A DNA stretch of 64,000 nt from NCBI RefSeq assembly GCF_964204645.1, contig NC_134030.1, positions 6,552,778-6,616,777 of the forward strand, given 5' to 3'. Positions 12,401 to 23,736 of the stretch are shown here, piece by piece. The DNA comes from Tubulanus polymorphus. Its lineage: Eukaryota; Animalia; Nemertea. The translations under genes and the position numbers were made by a program. The notes below the pieces were generated by a model, which worked only from the letters and a program-made list of their open reading frames with translations, did no database searches and was not told the DNA's origin. Each line of letters begins with the position of its first letter. The first letter of the stretch is position 1.

Positions 12401-15400
12401 GTATAGTGACAGTCTCATACAGCCATCAGGTTCAAATCTCTGCTGAGAGGATACTTTTTCAATACTATAAGATACATTATGGAATATGTACTCTTTGTTT
12501 TGCACTTCAATACATGTTTGATAATAATAATAATAATACATTGTCCCCCTATCATTCTTGAATCGTACTGACTTCCATTAATTTTGAATTTATAACAGAT
12601 GATGATGCCCGACCTATCATGTATTATCATAATTTCGAAGCTGGTACTGTAAACATTGAAATCTACTCGGGCTATGTTTTCTCTTTATGTTATCTTGTAT
12701 TTTCTATTCAATGCCGAGCTGCGTACGCAAAATGCTACCTATAATACTAAAGTTTATAACGATAGGTAACGAATTGCTGCTACTTTGCATGGATTTCTTT
12801 TATTTCAATTGAAATAATGATGAAGATTCTTGCGAATTTCATTTTATTTAGAATTTCAAGCCACATTTTAGCAGTCTTTCAACTTATTTATTGTTTTTAT
12901 CTGACCATCTTAAAATCAGAAATCTTACCGGTATTTTTTAAAGAATTTCTTTATTTATGATCTTTCACATTTCATGATGCATGATTTCAAAAGAATATTT
13001 TGTTTAAGATAGACTTAAGCCCAACATCCTCTCTAGTTCATTCCGGTAGTTTTATGAATAATTGAATTAGTTTTTCATTGATGTATATATTCATATATGG
13101 TCCTCACGATTTCACACAGTAACTTAAAGGCATTTTGCACAACGGTGTTGTCCGCAACAGGTTTTAGGGGGGCAGCCATCCCTTTCATTTTTACATCTTC
13201 CCCTCTGCAAATCAGCCACCCCTTATAAAATATCTGCTGCCCCTAAGAGAGTAGATGTCAATATTTGATCTATGCTGATAAACTGCTTTGAAATATATGT
13301 GAAAAATAGATGACTAAATGAAAATTTAGCCCTGCTGCTTCAGCAGCCACAATTTTATGATGCAGACCCTTTAAAATTCCAGCATATGGAAAACACGGAA
13401 CATGTGTCCTGAAAAATTGCCTTTATTTTAAGACTTTACGCTGTCTTAGGATTATGAACGTTTTAAATAGCCGCCAGCATTCATTATTTACATCGATTTT
13501 GTTTTGGTTTCTATTTTAGGTACAGTTTTGTACGCTTCAATAGGCGGTGTATTGGGAGGTTTAGTTTTGGTGGCTCTCATTATTCTAATTATATACTTCT
13601 GTTGTATTCGGCGTCGTAAACAGCCCCCGTTTAACGAAGATCAAGAAAAAGGGTAAGAAATCAGTTTGAATTTTTCTATCCTTTCCTGATTTGCCATTCA
13701 ATCATCCAACACAAGCTCACGCTAACAGTCTCTTCATTGGTCTATTAGACCGCCCAAGTTTTCTTGGGCAGATAGGTGACCGCTGGGCGGCCACCTGTCC
13801 GGCCGGTCAAGAAATCTTGAACGGTGTCAACAGGGTTTGTGTAGGCGTGAGCTTCGGCATGAGGCAATCGAACCCTGGTAAGCAAGGATGCATTTAATAG
13901 GCTTCGTATGTATTGTATTCGCTCTATTTCTGTTTATTTGTAGAACCATGGCCAATAATAACGCTCCCGTCGGTAAATATGATATTGATATGGACGAAAA
14001 GCCAGCAACCGATGTAAGTATGAAACGTTGTCACCTGTTTTCTCCCTCCCTAATAATCTTTCCTCCTGACAGGAGTCGGATTGATATCAGAAATATGAAA
14101 TACTAATGTAGAATCGTGGAAGATTTTAACAATCTGTATAAAATCATGGAAAGGTGTGAAAAATTTACGAAAAGTGTCTCATCAAAATAGTTTGATCCCT
14201 TTTTGCAATATACTGTGGTGCTCCGGAATATGCTGTGGGATTTATCCAGCGCAGAAGCTGTGGATAAGTTTGTAAGAAATTTTAAGTTTTCATCCGTACA
14301 GATTGTGATCAGTAACTGCTTGTTTTTGTTAACTACAAATTTCCAAATACCTTGAAGAAATAATGCGAAAAAATCCTGGTATTTTCTTGTGATAAATGAA
14401 AGCCAATTGGAAGCAGTTAAAATAATGTGAAAATTCCAGAGTTCATCAATCTGACTCCTGCTACATGAAAATCACGATTTAAGCATGAAAATCTGATTTA
14501 CCTCTAATCCGTTTATATATACGAACGTATAGAACATCGCTGTAGTTCCCGGTACGGTGCGATTAATATCGAGCAGTCGATTTACGAGCGGCGATTTCAG
14601 CGACCCGGGATTCAGTCATTATCAGTTATCTTCATCGCATCCGGGAGCGGGAGCGGTAGCTGCATCGACCTACGACTCGAACAGCGACGTACATAGCAGT
14701 ACGCACGACTCCAGTACGCAGTATAGCACGCGCGACTTGGTCGACGACGTCGACCCGGAGGATAACGACGATACACCGACGGTCAGTTACACAAACTTAC
14801 CGAATGATCCGTCTCCCGAACCGGAGAATGTTGCGCCAGCAGGTGGAAATGAACGGGACGATGTCGATAACACTACGGATGCCGCTGCTAGCGACGCTGC
14901 TAGTACGAATGATTCCTTCACCGAAACCCCGGACATGGGTCGACGACGCACTTTATTATACAACTATTTAGTGTAAATGTTTACTCATTGGTTTTGCTGC
15001 GGTGTCCGGGAATTTTATCGTCAAGTTTTCAGCAGTTCGCTCTTTTCAGTCGTTCTTTAGTTTTTGTAGCTAGCTTCGCTTATGGACCAGTTATATAATT
15101 TGGTTTAGATGTGAACCTAGCTCAAAAATAGTAAAAAACTTTTCAATGAAAACTGTCTATTGTACTTTATATCATGATTCAGATTCGCTAAATTTCATTC
15201 TTTTTAATTCATTTTCTTCATTTTCATCTTTCTTCGTTTTGTTATTCTTTTTTTGCAGTCTGTTTTTTCAAAAAATTATTTTTTGTTTGCATTGTTTTTT
15301 ATTATTTCTAGGAGCCATTATTGATAACCGAAGTGGTGAACTAAGACTGTGCCTGGCTTGCGTCATTCTATCTATATATCATTGTTTGTATGTTCCATCC

Positions 15401-17098
15401 ATCTCTCAAACATATCCGAGGATTAAATGAAATTGTTTGTTTGCATTCAAAAATCTGCATCCGAGAATGATAGTCGAGCTTGATTTTGCTCAGTTTTCAA
15501 TGCATGATCACTCGATCTCTGACCTCCGTTCAGTTTCACCTGAATCCATCTCTGAATGTATATCTTCTATGCAAGATCTCTGATATAATCTAATACATCT
15601 ATAATCTAGTACATCTTTTTAAGCAGCCATTCTTTGCTGATGCTGCGGCAAAACAAACAGTCTCATTTCTTGTATTGGCTTTCTAGTAACGGCTTCTGTA
15701 GCTATAGGGTATAGGCGCCTGTCAGCTAACATACTTAGTTCATTTCATCTACCCTTGTTAGCGTTTTGAACTTTATGGAATCTTGAGACTCTGCCACAGT
15801 ATAGAGGCCCAGGTGAACAGCTTTTGTATTTAGCTAATAAGAAGTTGTGTTATGCTTTAGTATGTGATATACATGTATAATGAGAATTTTGATTGCCTGA
15901 GTATGTCATTGCGTGGTAATACTGTACAGTCAACCGGTCTACTAGAGCAGTGGTTTCACTGGCGCCATCTAGTTCAGAATTCTGCAAGGGAAGATGAATT
16001 CATAAAGATAATTAACATAAAAACTACCTATCATTTCATCGTTAAAACGAACACAACGCCACATAGATGTAAATCAAGTAACTTAGGTTCAGGTCACATT
16101 AATCCTATAAAGATAACGATATTCATGTATAAATAAGATGTTTTCATCCGGATTTATTGAATTGCTTCGTGCAGTTTATTGTCGTGTGTATTTTTTGCAC
16201 TTTATTTTATAGTTAGTAATTTTCATGAGGCTTCGCGCACTACTAACTTACCGTAAACTCAGAGCGGATCTTTTCGAAACTGAAATCGCGGAGCGATGGC
16301 AGATCATATGAACGTGAAATTTCGGGGCGCATAGCAGCAGCCAAGTTTCAGTTCACCATTTCGCGTGATTACGTTAAAGCTATAATGATGATGATGGATG
16401 AAATAAGATATCTTCACTTTCAGGTTTTGTCTATCATATATAGAGATATGGCGCTTATGTATTTCTTGTGTAGATTTTGAGAATGATAAACGATGTAGTG
16501 CTCGTGGACATCGCTCTCTTCTAAAAGGAAAAAACTGCTCGTCGAATAGTAGATTCCTACCTTTATCGCAGAGGAACCTCGAATCAAACAATATTTGACC
16601 CAAAAAATAAGAAAATTTTATTCATCTTTGATCAGTTGTAAAAACCAATTTACACCATGAATTGAGGTTCCGCTGTATCGGCATGTTGTATATTCATAAA
16701 ACTTGACGATGTACGGTAGATTTCCCCTTACTCCGATTACATTGGGGAAGTAAAATGGTTTTAGTAAAAGCAAATTTCTTCCAAGCACGATCAGCGTAGG
16801 AAGGAATCTACTGTACGGACTATGATGTTACCATCAAAATTTAATCGATCCTTCTAATTTTATCGCAAACTAAAACATAAGGAGCCATTGTTCCATTGTA
16901 GTTGCTATACTACCCTTTCGCGTTGTTTTATCATCACAAGCGTTACGACAAAGTTTTTGTTTCTCATTTCAGCCCAAACATCTAAACGCCGAAAATCTGG
17001 TGTACGCCGATCTGGCGATGGACGACACGCCGCGCAGTCGAAAACCAATACAAGTAATAGACGATCGCGTGGATTACGCCGATATTCGCCGAGTATGA
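447..17098 (+). CDS. Gene 1 (spliced span): type I IgSF receptor/adhesion protein with signal peptide, 3 Ig domains, S/T/P stalk, TM and ITIM-bearing tails
   Basis: Phase-consistent GT-AG chain: 447-495, 1812-2195, 2699-3046, 3681-3944, 7678-7731, 10881-10907, (12599-12643), 13520-13652, 13944-14013, then 14533-14976 or 16973-17098. Confidence 0.9.
553..1101. mobile_element. Foldback MITE with ~250-bp terminal inverted repeats and TA target duplication (Tc1/mariner-type)
   Basis: 553-802 is a near-perfect reverse complement of 853-1101 (CTAATGTC...GACATTAG), with a 50-bp spacer and TA on both sides. Confidence 0.9.
1812..2195 (+). CDS. Gene 1 exon 2, V-set-like Ig domain with no Cys or Trp
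   Basis: ttttcag acceptor, G|gtaaat donor, phase 1-1; IRLKFQPTNFSDSGSYQA matches the Ig E-F strand pattern LxI...DSGxYxC except for the Cys. Confidence 0.85.
2699..3046 (+). CDS. Gene 1 exon 3, Ig domain 2
   Basis: AYPGRPTI...ITCVGNVG...YRCQTEN...LNVQ; tttttcag acceptor, T|gtaagt donor, phase 1-1. Confidence 0.92.
3681..3944 (+). CDS. Gene 1 exon 4, Ig domain 3 (C2/I-set)
   Basis: CVASGNPEPAVTW...YRCNAKN; ttcgcag acceptor, G|gtaagt donor, phase 1-1. Confidence 0.94.
6525..6695. repeat. Perfect tandem duplication, 86-bp unit x2
   Basis: atcgcagtgcacctgtg...gtgaaacaaa at 6525-6610 and again at 6611-6695. Confidence 0.95.
7678..7731 (+). CDS. Gene 1 exon 5, Pro/Thr mucin-like stalk (ALPTTIPPPTNNPTTPKT)
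   Basis: Long pyrimidine tract + cag; 54 nt, phase 1-1; donor gtgatg. Confidence 0.8.
7831..7970. repeat. Small inverted-repeat (MITE-like) element
   Basis: gcttcatacaccaaa (7831-7845) and tttggtgtatgaagc (7956-7970) are a perfect 15-bp inverted repeat. Confidence 0.55.
10881..10907 (+). CDS. Gene 1 27-nt stalk microexon (GGSTGDDKD)
   Basis: ctctcttctgcttacag acceptor, G|gtatgt donor, frame-preserving phase 1-1. Confidence 0.75.
12233..12376. mobile_element. Harbinger-like MITE with internal cttaagaccagtc repeats
   Basis: Ends ctggggctggttgcatagt / actgtgcaacttgccccag with CWG-type flanks. Confidence 0.65.
12599..12643 (+). CDS. Gene 1 candidate 45-nt cassette exon (DDDARPIMYYHNFEA)
   Basis: actgac branch-like site, aacag acceptor, G|gtactg donor (weak), phase 1-1 and open. 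Confidence 0.5.
13520..13652 (+). CDS. Gene 1 transmembrane exon (GTVLYASIGGVLGGLVLVALIILIIYFCCIRRRKQPPFNEDQEK)
   Basis: Hydrophobic helix with GxxxG, then CC and an RRRK stop-transfer; ttttag acceptor, GG|gtaaga donor (phase 1 to 2). Absent from the ORF track. Confidence 0.93.
13944..14013 (+). CDS. Gene 1 juxtamembrane cytoplasmic exon (TMANNNAPVGKYDIDMDEKPATD)
   Basis: tttgtag acceptor, gtaagt donor, phase 2 to 0. Confidence 0.85.
14533..14976 (+). CDS. Gene 1 alternative terminal exon A: long acidic Ser/Asp tail with VSYTNL and LLYNYL, ending YLV*
   Basis: Phase-0 tatag acceptor in frame with a GC-rich 147-codon ORF; pyrimidine tract is poor. Confidence 0.72.
   Translation, partial: NIAVVPGTVRLISSSRFTSGDFSDPGFSHYQLSSSHPGAGAVAASTYDSNSDVHSSTHDSSTQYSTRDLVDDVDPEDNDDTPTVSYTNLPNDPSPEPENVAPAGGNERDDVDNTTDAAASDAASTNDSFTETPDMGRRRTLLYNYLV
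16547..16813. mobile_element. Tc1/pogo-type MITE
   Basis: TIRs tagtagattcctacct / aggaaggaatctactg followed by TA. Confidence 0.55.
16973..17098 (+). CDS. Gene 1 alternative terminal exon B: PKHLNAENLVYADLAMDDTPRSRKPIQVIDDRVDYADIRRV*
   Basis: Strong tttctcatttcag phase-0 acceptor; tandem LVYADL / VDYADI motifs. The track translated a different frame here. Confidence 0.88.
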   Translation, partial: PKHLNAENLVYADLAMDDTPRSRKPIQVIDDRVDYADIRRV

Positions 17099-18462
17099 GT
17101 TTGTTCTGCCTTGCCCCCCGAAAATCCCTGGATAGAAAAAACTATCGACAAGTTTCACTCAGACGCCAGTTCAAACTGTTATCGATGATATACTAATGAC
17201 AGCTACGTGTATATGTGTCTGCAGTCAGTCGCATTTTTTTTTTTTATACGAACAGTTTTTATATTGGAAAAGAACGAATACGCGGAGAAAGGAACGGGTC
17301 ACGCCCTGAGAATGATTCAGCGATGCGTAGATCGAGATCAGCGAGATGCGAATGAAAGACGTCTGATGAATGGACCGACACCGAACGGGTTCAGAAATCG
17401 ACACGTTTGTTTTAAAACTTAAACTTCCGCCATGCGAAAGTCATAAATCATTCTGTGCTATGCATGTTTAAGATATAAGTAGTATAGTGTATATGAATTG
17501 AACGACAGCCGAATCGTTTATTAACACTCTCTCGGCTGTCTGTCCGGTTCTATTTTTTATAACCGGTAAAAAACAAACAACATTTCGTCCACTAATTCCA
17601 CAGTTGAAGAATAAATGGTTTAATTATTTTTGAGAAAATTTGACACATTCCTAAATGTTCTTTGACCTCTGATGAATTATATTTTTAACAGGTTTGTCTT
17701 GATTTTGATAAATCCGTTGTCGCGACATTTCGATGTTGACCGACACAATTTTAGCAATAATTACTAGGAATTCATCGTTTTGATAATCTGACTGTGACAT
17801 CGATTCTAGATCATTCATTTGTCCCTTAAACGTGGACACTAAATATAAATATTTGTAGTTGCAGACATATTAACGATGCTACTCCAACATGTCTTCATTC
17901 GTCATTGATTTTATACTGACTGCTGAAGTTAGGTATATGTTTTTAACAAAATAAAACTCGATAATATGATAGTTACTCAAATTTTCAATATGATGTCAAT
18001 TCAATAGCTATGTTTGTATATATGACTGATGCTTCTAGTATGAACTGATAATTTGAGGAGAATGATTTTGAGAATACATTCCGTTGCCATCATGTGCCTA
18101 CAATTGTGCAGGTAGATTTTGTTACTGATTCTGCTCCAACCCCGGGACAACCCTTGTCACGAGTAGTCCTTATTTCATAGCTATTCGATATTAAACGGTA
18201 ATCACATTCAATTCAGTAAAACAGATTTGCAGTGAAATTCAATTTTATGAAAAAAAATATGAAATAGCGTTCATTTATTGGCGCAGTCTTCCTAAACACT
18301 CAAAACATGAATTCTTGTCGTAGAAGAAAAGAAAACTACTTTAAACTCACTCATTTCATTTCATTGACATCTGTATAAAGTGAAAACTGTAAATACTAAC
18401 TATATTTTGTATAAAATCAGTATTATTTTGTTTATGGTCATGTTTACTGTATATTATAATGA

Positions 18463-18504
<42 letters not shown>
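18463..18504. repeat. (TAT)n microsatellite in the gene 1 3' region
   Basis: Uninterrupted tat repeats. Confidence 0.95.
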
Positions 18505-19605
18505 CATTTCTAATAGGATTTATACATAGCATGGTGATTTAGGTATTTTGTATACTCTCAATATTCTCCCTTCAAATGATTTTATACGAAAACATTTTAT
18601 GATACTACGTTATAATGTTGCCATCTTCGACTAACTGTTCCATCCATATAGAGCATGTCTGTGGTGATATACACGAATGATGTCCTGTCATATTTTAGCG
18701 ATCGCTTGACAAATTTTTTTACGCCAATTCCAATACGTGTAGTACATCTTTCCTAAACAGTCCAAGTAGTATATTTTTAGAAAGCAATTTTGCTTATCCC
18801 GGCCAATTGAGGATATTCAAGCACTGTGGTAGTTCTGAATTTGGAAGTTCAAGTTATTGGTATGCTGGTAATTTGTACGATATGATATTTTGGAAACCTC
18901 GACAGCCTGCATCGGGCATTTCAAATTTCTTTTCAACACTGCTTCGAAATGCTGCCCTACTCAAGCTATCATTGGCTCCGCACGCTTGATGACGAAAATA
19001 AGAATATGACAATCAGAATTCTAAATAACCGATGGTTAACATACAACTTAGTATGAAGGGTATATACTTGGTATCGATAGAATACAAGAATGAATCTATG
19101 TAGAATAATAATCTCTGTGAATAATAATCCATCCATCCACACCTCACTTATCTGTCCATGTATTGTATGTCTTTCTGCGTTTACTATAAATTCTATCCGT
19201 ATTTAATACATGTTGATATTCCATTGTTGTATATTTTTACATCCGTTCAGTTCAAATATTCACTAGGATAGGCAAGTACAAGTACAGTTGTTCTACCTCC
19301 TTGAAATATGCGAATTTCTCTAGAAAAATTTATACGTACAAGAACACTCATGTACCATATATAATCTAATTAAGTAGATATTTCCCCAATTTCATTGCTC
19401 TTTTGAAATTGGCGCATCGGTATCAAGTTATGGTTAGAAATCCTGGATATTTTCGATCAGACACAGTTTTAATATTCTTTTAATTGGTGTAGTTACGCTA
19501 GTGTATTTTTGGCACCGCTTCTTTGTGTTTTAGACTGTACTTTCATACTCGCATTATTTATTGTAAAAACTTGTAATGTAGCTTAAATATTGTAAAGAAT
19601 TGTGG

Positions 19606-19611
19606 AATAAA
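19606..19611 (+). terminator. Candidate polyadenylation signal for the gene 1 long 3' UTR
   Basis: AATAAA after TGTA-rich sequence and followed by a T-rich stretch. Confidence 0.4.
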
Positions 19612-19968
19612 CCATGTTTTAATTATTCATAAGAATTGTATTTTCTCATATCACTTTTGAAGGTTTCACTGTTGTTCAATCATTGGGAGACTTGAAGCTT
19701 CATGGAGGCTGTGGTGCAGTCTGGAGCTAAGACGGAGAGCCGACATGACGCTATATATGATTATGAATATGGCGACTTCTGAGTTGGAACGAAACAACTG
19801 GAGGCCCTTATCGCTTCCGGAAATACATAAACCCCTAGAAGATGGATATATTTGAAATATATTCACAATCCTTCTTGACTAATAGAAATTATATTCATTA
19901 GTTTGTAGCATACAAAGAATAAATCAAGATCACTTTGATAAACTACACACACACACACGCCACATGGC

Positions 19969-20191
19969 CTTCGAATAGGTGTAATCTACAAGAAAAGTGG
20001 ACAGGGCATGGTTCGCCGATCTCTGAAAAAAAGTTATGCAAGACCTTTTGAAATGAATGATTTAAGTGGAAAAGAAAATGCGTGTTCAAATTACCTCTCT
20101 GTAAAGGAACGCCTTCAACTTAAATCTCACATAATGTTAAGAATCCAGTTTCCTTTTGCTTTGTGATGATCAAGCAACGTCCCATAGCCAA
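19969..20191 (-). pseudogene. Fragment of a third FTLD-PAN gene (3' end of exon 3, intron, start of exon 4)
   Basis: Translates LAMGRCLIITKQKETGFLTLCEI*VEGVPLQR with TAA at 20120-20122; aligns to 23950-24330 including intron sequence. Confidence 0.85.
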
Positions 20192-21117
20192 ACATATTTC
20201 TCGTTATAATTATTGCTAGTATTTTATGAATCAAATATGGTGGCTAATTCGGGCCATGTAAGAAACATTATTCGTGCAATACGCCATGCAAGAACAAAAT
20301 TATCGCGCGGAACCGAAACTATGTACGTTGAACGAGTTACTTTCGAAACGGAGGCAAAAATTAAGGTTTTGAGCGGCACACAAAACGAAACGCTTTTTCA
20401 CATGGCTTATTGCACGAAATACCATTTTTACTTAGCCCGAATCAGCCATCATAATCTAAGAACAGTGCATTTAATGAAATATGATATAGATTTACATATT
20501 GTTCAGATGTTGGAAAATGAATAAATTCTGACCTGAGACACTGTAGAATAGTGCGAATGCGACATTAGATATTCGACACATCGTGGCAAACATAATCCAT
20601 CCCGTCGACTCGTCAATTCGTATACGTACAACGCGAAGATTCGTATAATTTCGAAATTCGATCAATGAATGAATAAATGTGACGTTTCGTTGGAAACGTA
20701 AGTTAAAGCTTTTACTAAAGAATTTTCCATTTATGTGTCTACGTGATAAAAACAACCGTGTATATGCCGTTATACAATTTACGCCATAAGTATCATTAAA
20801 CAATACAGTTAAATTCCTTCGTAAAGAATCCACTGGGACCAACAGGAAACATGGCGTTATGATAAATTTGCCGTTACAAAGAATGGTAATTTATATTGAA
20901 TTTTAGTTGTTCTCTGAAAAATGTTGGCGTTAAGCGAGCAATGGTATTGATGCATTATAATGGACTTTGACCGTGAAATCATATGTAAAGACTCCTAAAG
21001 ACTTTCATTTTCTTTTATTGACGAAATAGTTAGATATTCCCAAGAATTAATAGTAAATACATAATGAATAATGACAGAAATAATGATCATACAACATAAA
21101 GTATAAAACTTCGATGT

Positions 21118-21297
21118 CTTTACGGCTGACCAATATAGATTCCATTCCCATGCACTGGTTTAACTTTTTTTGTAAAGAAACTGCATAATGATTGATGCTA
21201 GACTTCTAGATCTAGATGAGTTCTACAATTCATGGTACAACGAAATAGGGAAATGATGATAAAATTTCGAGTTTTCGTCACATCACTGTTGACTTTC
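21118..21297 (-). pseudogene. Decayed tandem copy of the PAN exon
   Basis: Colinear matches to 21330-21543 (agaaactgcataat, gataaaatttcgagttttcgtcac, gactttc) with deletions. Confidence 0.75.
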
Positions 21298-21329
21298 ATA
21301 CGCATATCAATACTATGGATTCATCATCT

Positions 21330-22457
21330 TCACGGATAACAAGTATAGTCAATTTGGCTAACAAAGACTCCACTCGTGCTTTGCTTTGGTTCCTCTGATT
21401 TTTGATAGAAACTGCATAATTTTGATGCTCCATTGAATGAAACTGCGGAGCAAGTTCTGAAGTTCATAGTACATTCATTAGCACAGCGGAATAGTGAAGA
21501 AGTGATAAAACTTCGGGTTTTCGCCACACCACCACTGACTTTCTGCGAGTAGGTGTAACCTATGTGAAAATACGGTAAACCTTATACCTCAGTTTTAGGC
21601 AAATATTTTCTGATTTCGATACTTGTATGCTTCTGCTGTGGGATCGTCCAATCTCAGAGAGAAGCCGGGTATAGGGTGCGAACGGAAGGTGAACTCTGCG
21701 ATCGACTAACGATAGTTTAACAGGAGCATACAACGTACGTAATTTTACCTCTCTGAAAATGCAAAGCGACCTCAACTTTGACCTCACATAATGATAAATG
21801 TCCTGTTGATTTTGGCTTCGTGATGATCAAGTAACGTCCCGTGGCATAGGAACAAACAAACCTCTTCGTTTGACCATTTCGAAAAGGATTTGGTTCGTAG
21901 TAGCAAAGGTCTCCACGTGGTACTGGTGGTGCCGAATGATTCGATAGTATGATACTAAATTTCTTCAATCGGTAACCTGTAATCAATTCAAATGCCTAAC
22001 TATCGAAACTCCCGGTTTTGGACAAAACATAACTAACATAACTTTTTCTTTGAAATATATCTTACCGCAACAATCGAGCCTGCTGCTTATGGACACAGAT
22101 TTGATCGTGCGAGCAATTCCTAGATCTATCTGCCACCAGGGATCCGTTTCGGGTGTGACACATGCGCATGTTCTTGGATTTTTATCAAATGCCAATTCAG
22201 CTGCTCCTAAATAGCGAGTAGGTCCATATCGTTTACTGAGTGATGCTGATTTACCAATCAAATCGATGAAATAGCGTTCACATTCGATGACTATATTGAT
22301 AAGATATGAGCAGTACATAGATATGTAATCTTATGTATAAACAACATGATATTATCATTTTCACTTAAAATAATGATTATTGTTTCGTTATGATAATTGA
22401 TTTCTAACCTGGTAAAATGGAGACAAGACAAAACACGACACCGACTATCCGAGACAT
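21330..22457 (-). CDS. Gene 2: secreted F-type lectin (fucolectin/FTP) domain + PAN/Apple domain protein
   Basis: Exons 22457-22409 (signal MSRIVGVVFCLVSILP), 22290-22066, 21976-21749, 21559-21330, all phase 1. Motifs: AFDKN, PWWQIDLG, RLDCCGYR, GRYL, LSLCEV, and PAN CxxxC..C..FN...C. Confidence 0.93.
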
Positions 22458-23736
22458 TACTCCACACGTAATATGAAGCGACTAGATACCATTATGAAGA
22501 AACAAACAAACGGTTTTGTTTCCGTTTCATTTCATTCAAAATATTTTGACAGTTAAACGATATCGAATTGTGCTAGATATTTCAACACGCAGGATGCAAC
22601 CGTTTTGAAAGCAACCTGTTATGAGGAGGGCAACCCTTGTAGATACTTTACATACTCAGACGTGCAGGAGATTAAAACCAATCATATGTAAATTTGAAAG
22701 ATTGAAAAAGAAATTGAAATGTGCTCTCACTAGGGACCACCGTCAGATGTGAGGAAATACGCAGCTAAACTAGAACTAGAACTAGAACTCAAATAACAAC
22801 GAAATCTTAGAATTAACTACTGCTGTTCCAGTGGAACACGCGGAAAGTTCTGTCCTTCTGATCACCAAACAACAATGTCTCTTTATCGTTGAACGAATCG
22901 CGAATCGCGAATCACGAATCATAGCCGCAGAGTCATCTTTCAGCTTATCATAATGACGAGACATTAAAATCCGATCAACATTTAACTACTGTGATATAAG
23001 ACTGGAAAAATCTATTTGGAACACTAATGTACAAAACGAGTATTACAATTGATGAAAACCTGGTGTCGCAGTTATTACGCATCTCAACAATCCATGTACT
23101 CAAAGAAATTAATCCGTTTCAAATCCTTGATAGATTAGACAATCAATTATAACAGTGATATAACAATCGCATGATATTCCTCTATTAGGAAAATCGAAGA
23201 AAAACCGGGAGAGCCGTGTGGCGACCCCTGGTGCTGATTCAAGATCCAGAACTCTCTCGCACTCCGCTCATCTACAGGATGTCACATACCTAACATTCAT
23301 GGAAATCCAAGTAGCACTCATAAAGAGGGTAAAATGTAGTCCCGATACAGTCAATGATAAGCACGTGTAAATAATACAGCTATAACGTAAATTTTGTAAT
23401 TGCGTCACAAAAGTAACTATTGGTTGAATCTGGTTACGTTAGATTATATAATTCATAAATGAAGTGTATAAGTTTGCAATATAGTGCTTTATCTAAAAAG
23501 GATAATCATCTTGTTCTGCAAAGCAGCATTGATTACAATTATCAAATTAAAAAAATTCGACAGTAACACACAAAAAGAGAACGGAAAATTCCCACCCCTA
23601 GACTATATGAGCAAGATACAACCCCTAAAATACAGCCTAAATACGGCAGCAAAGAACGGTTAGTTATATTCATTAGCTCAACAAAATTGTGTAGGAGTGA
23701 TAAAACATCGAGTATGATACCATGGATACTTCATTT

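Noticed and set aside
17358-17408. CTGATGA...GAAA hammerhead-like motif in the gene 1 3' UTR
   Set aside because: No 10.1-11.1 pair, and the cleavage triplet reads GAC rather than NUH.
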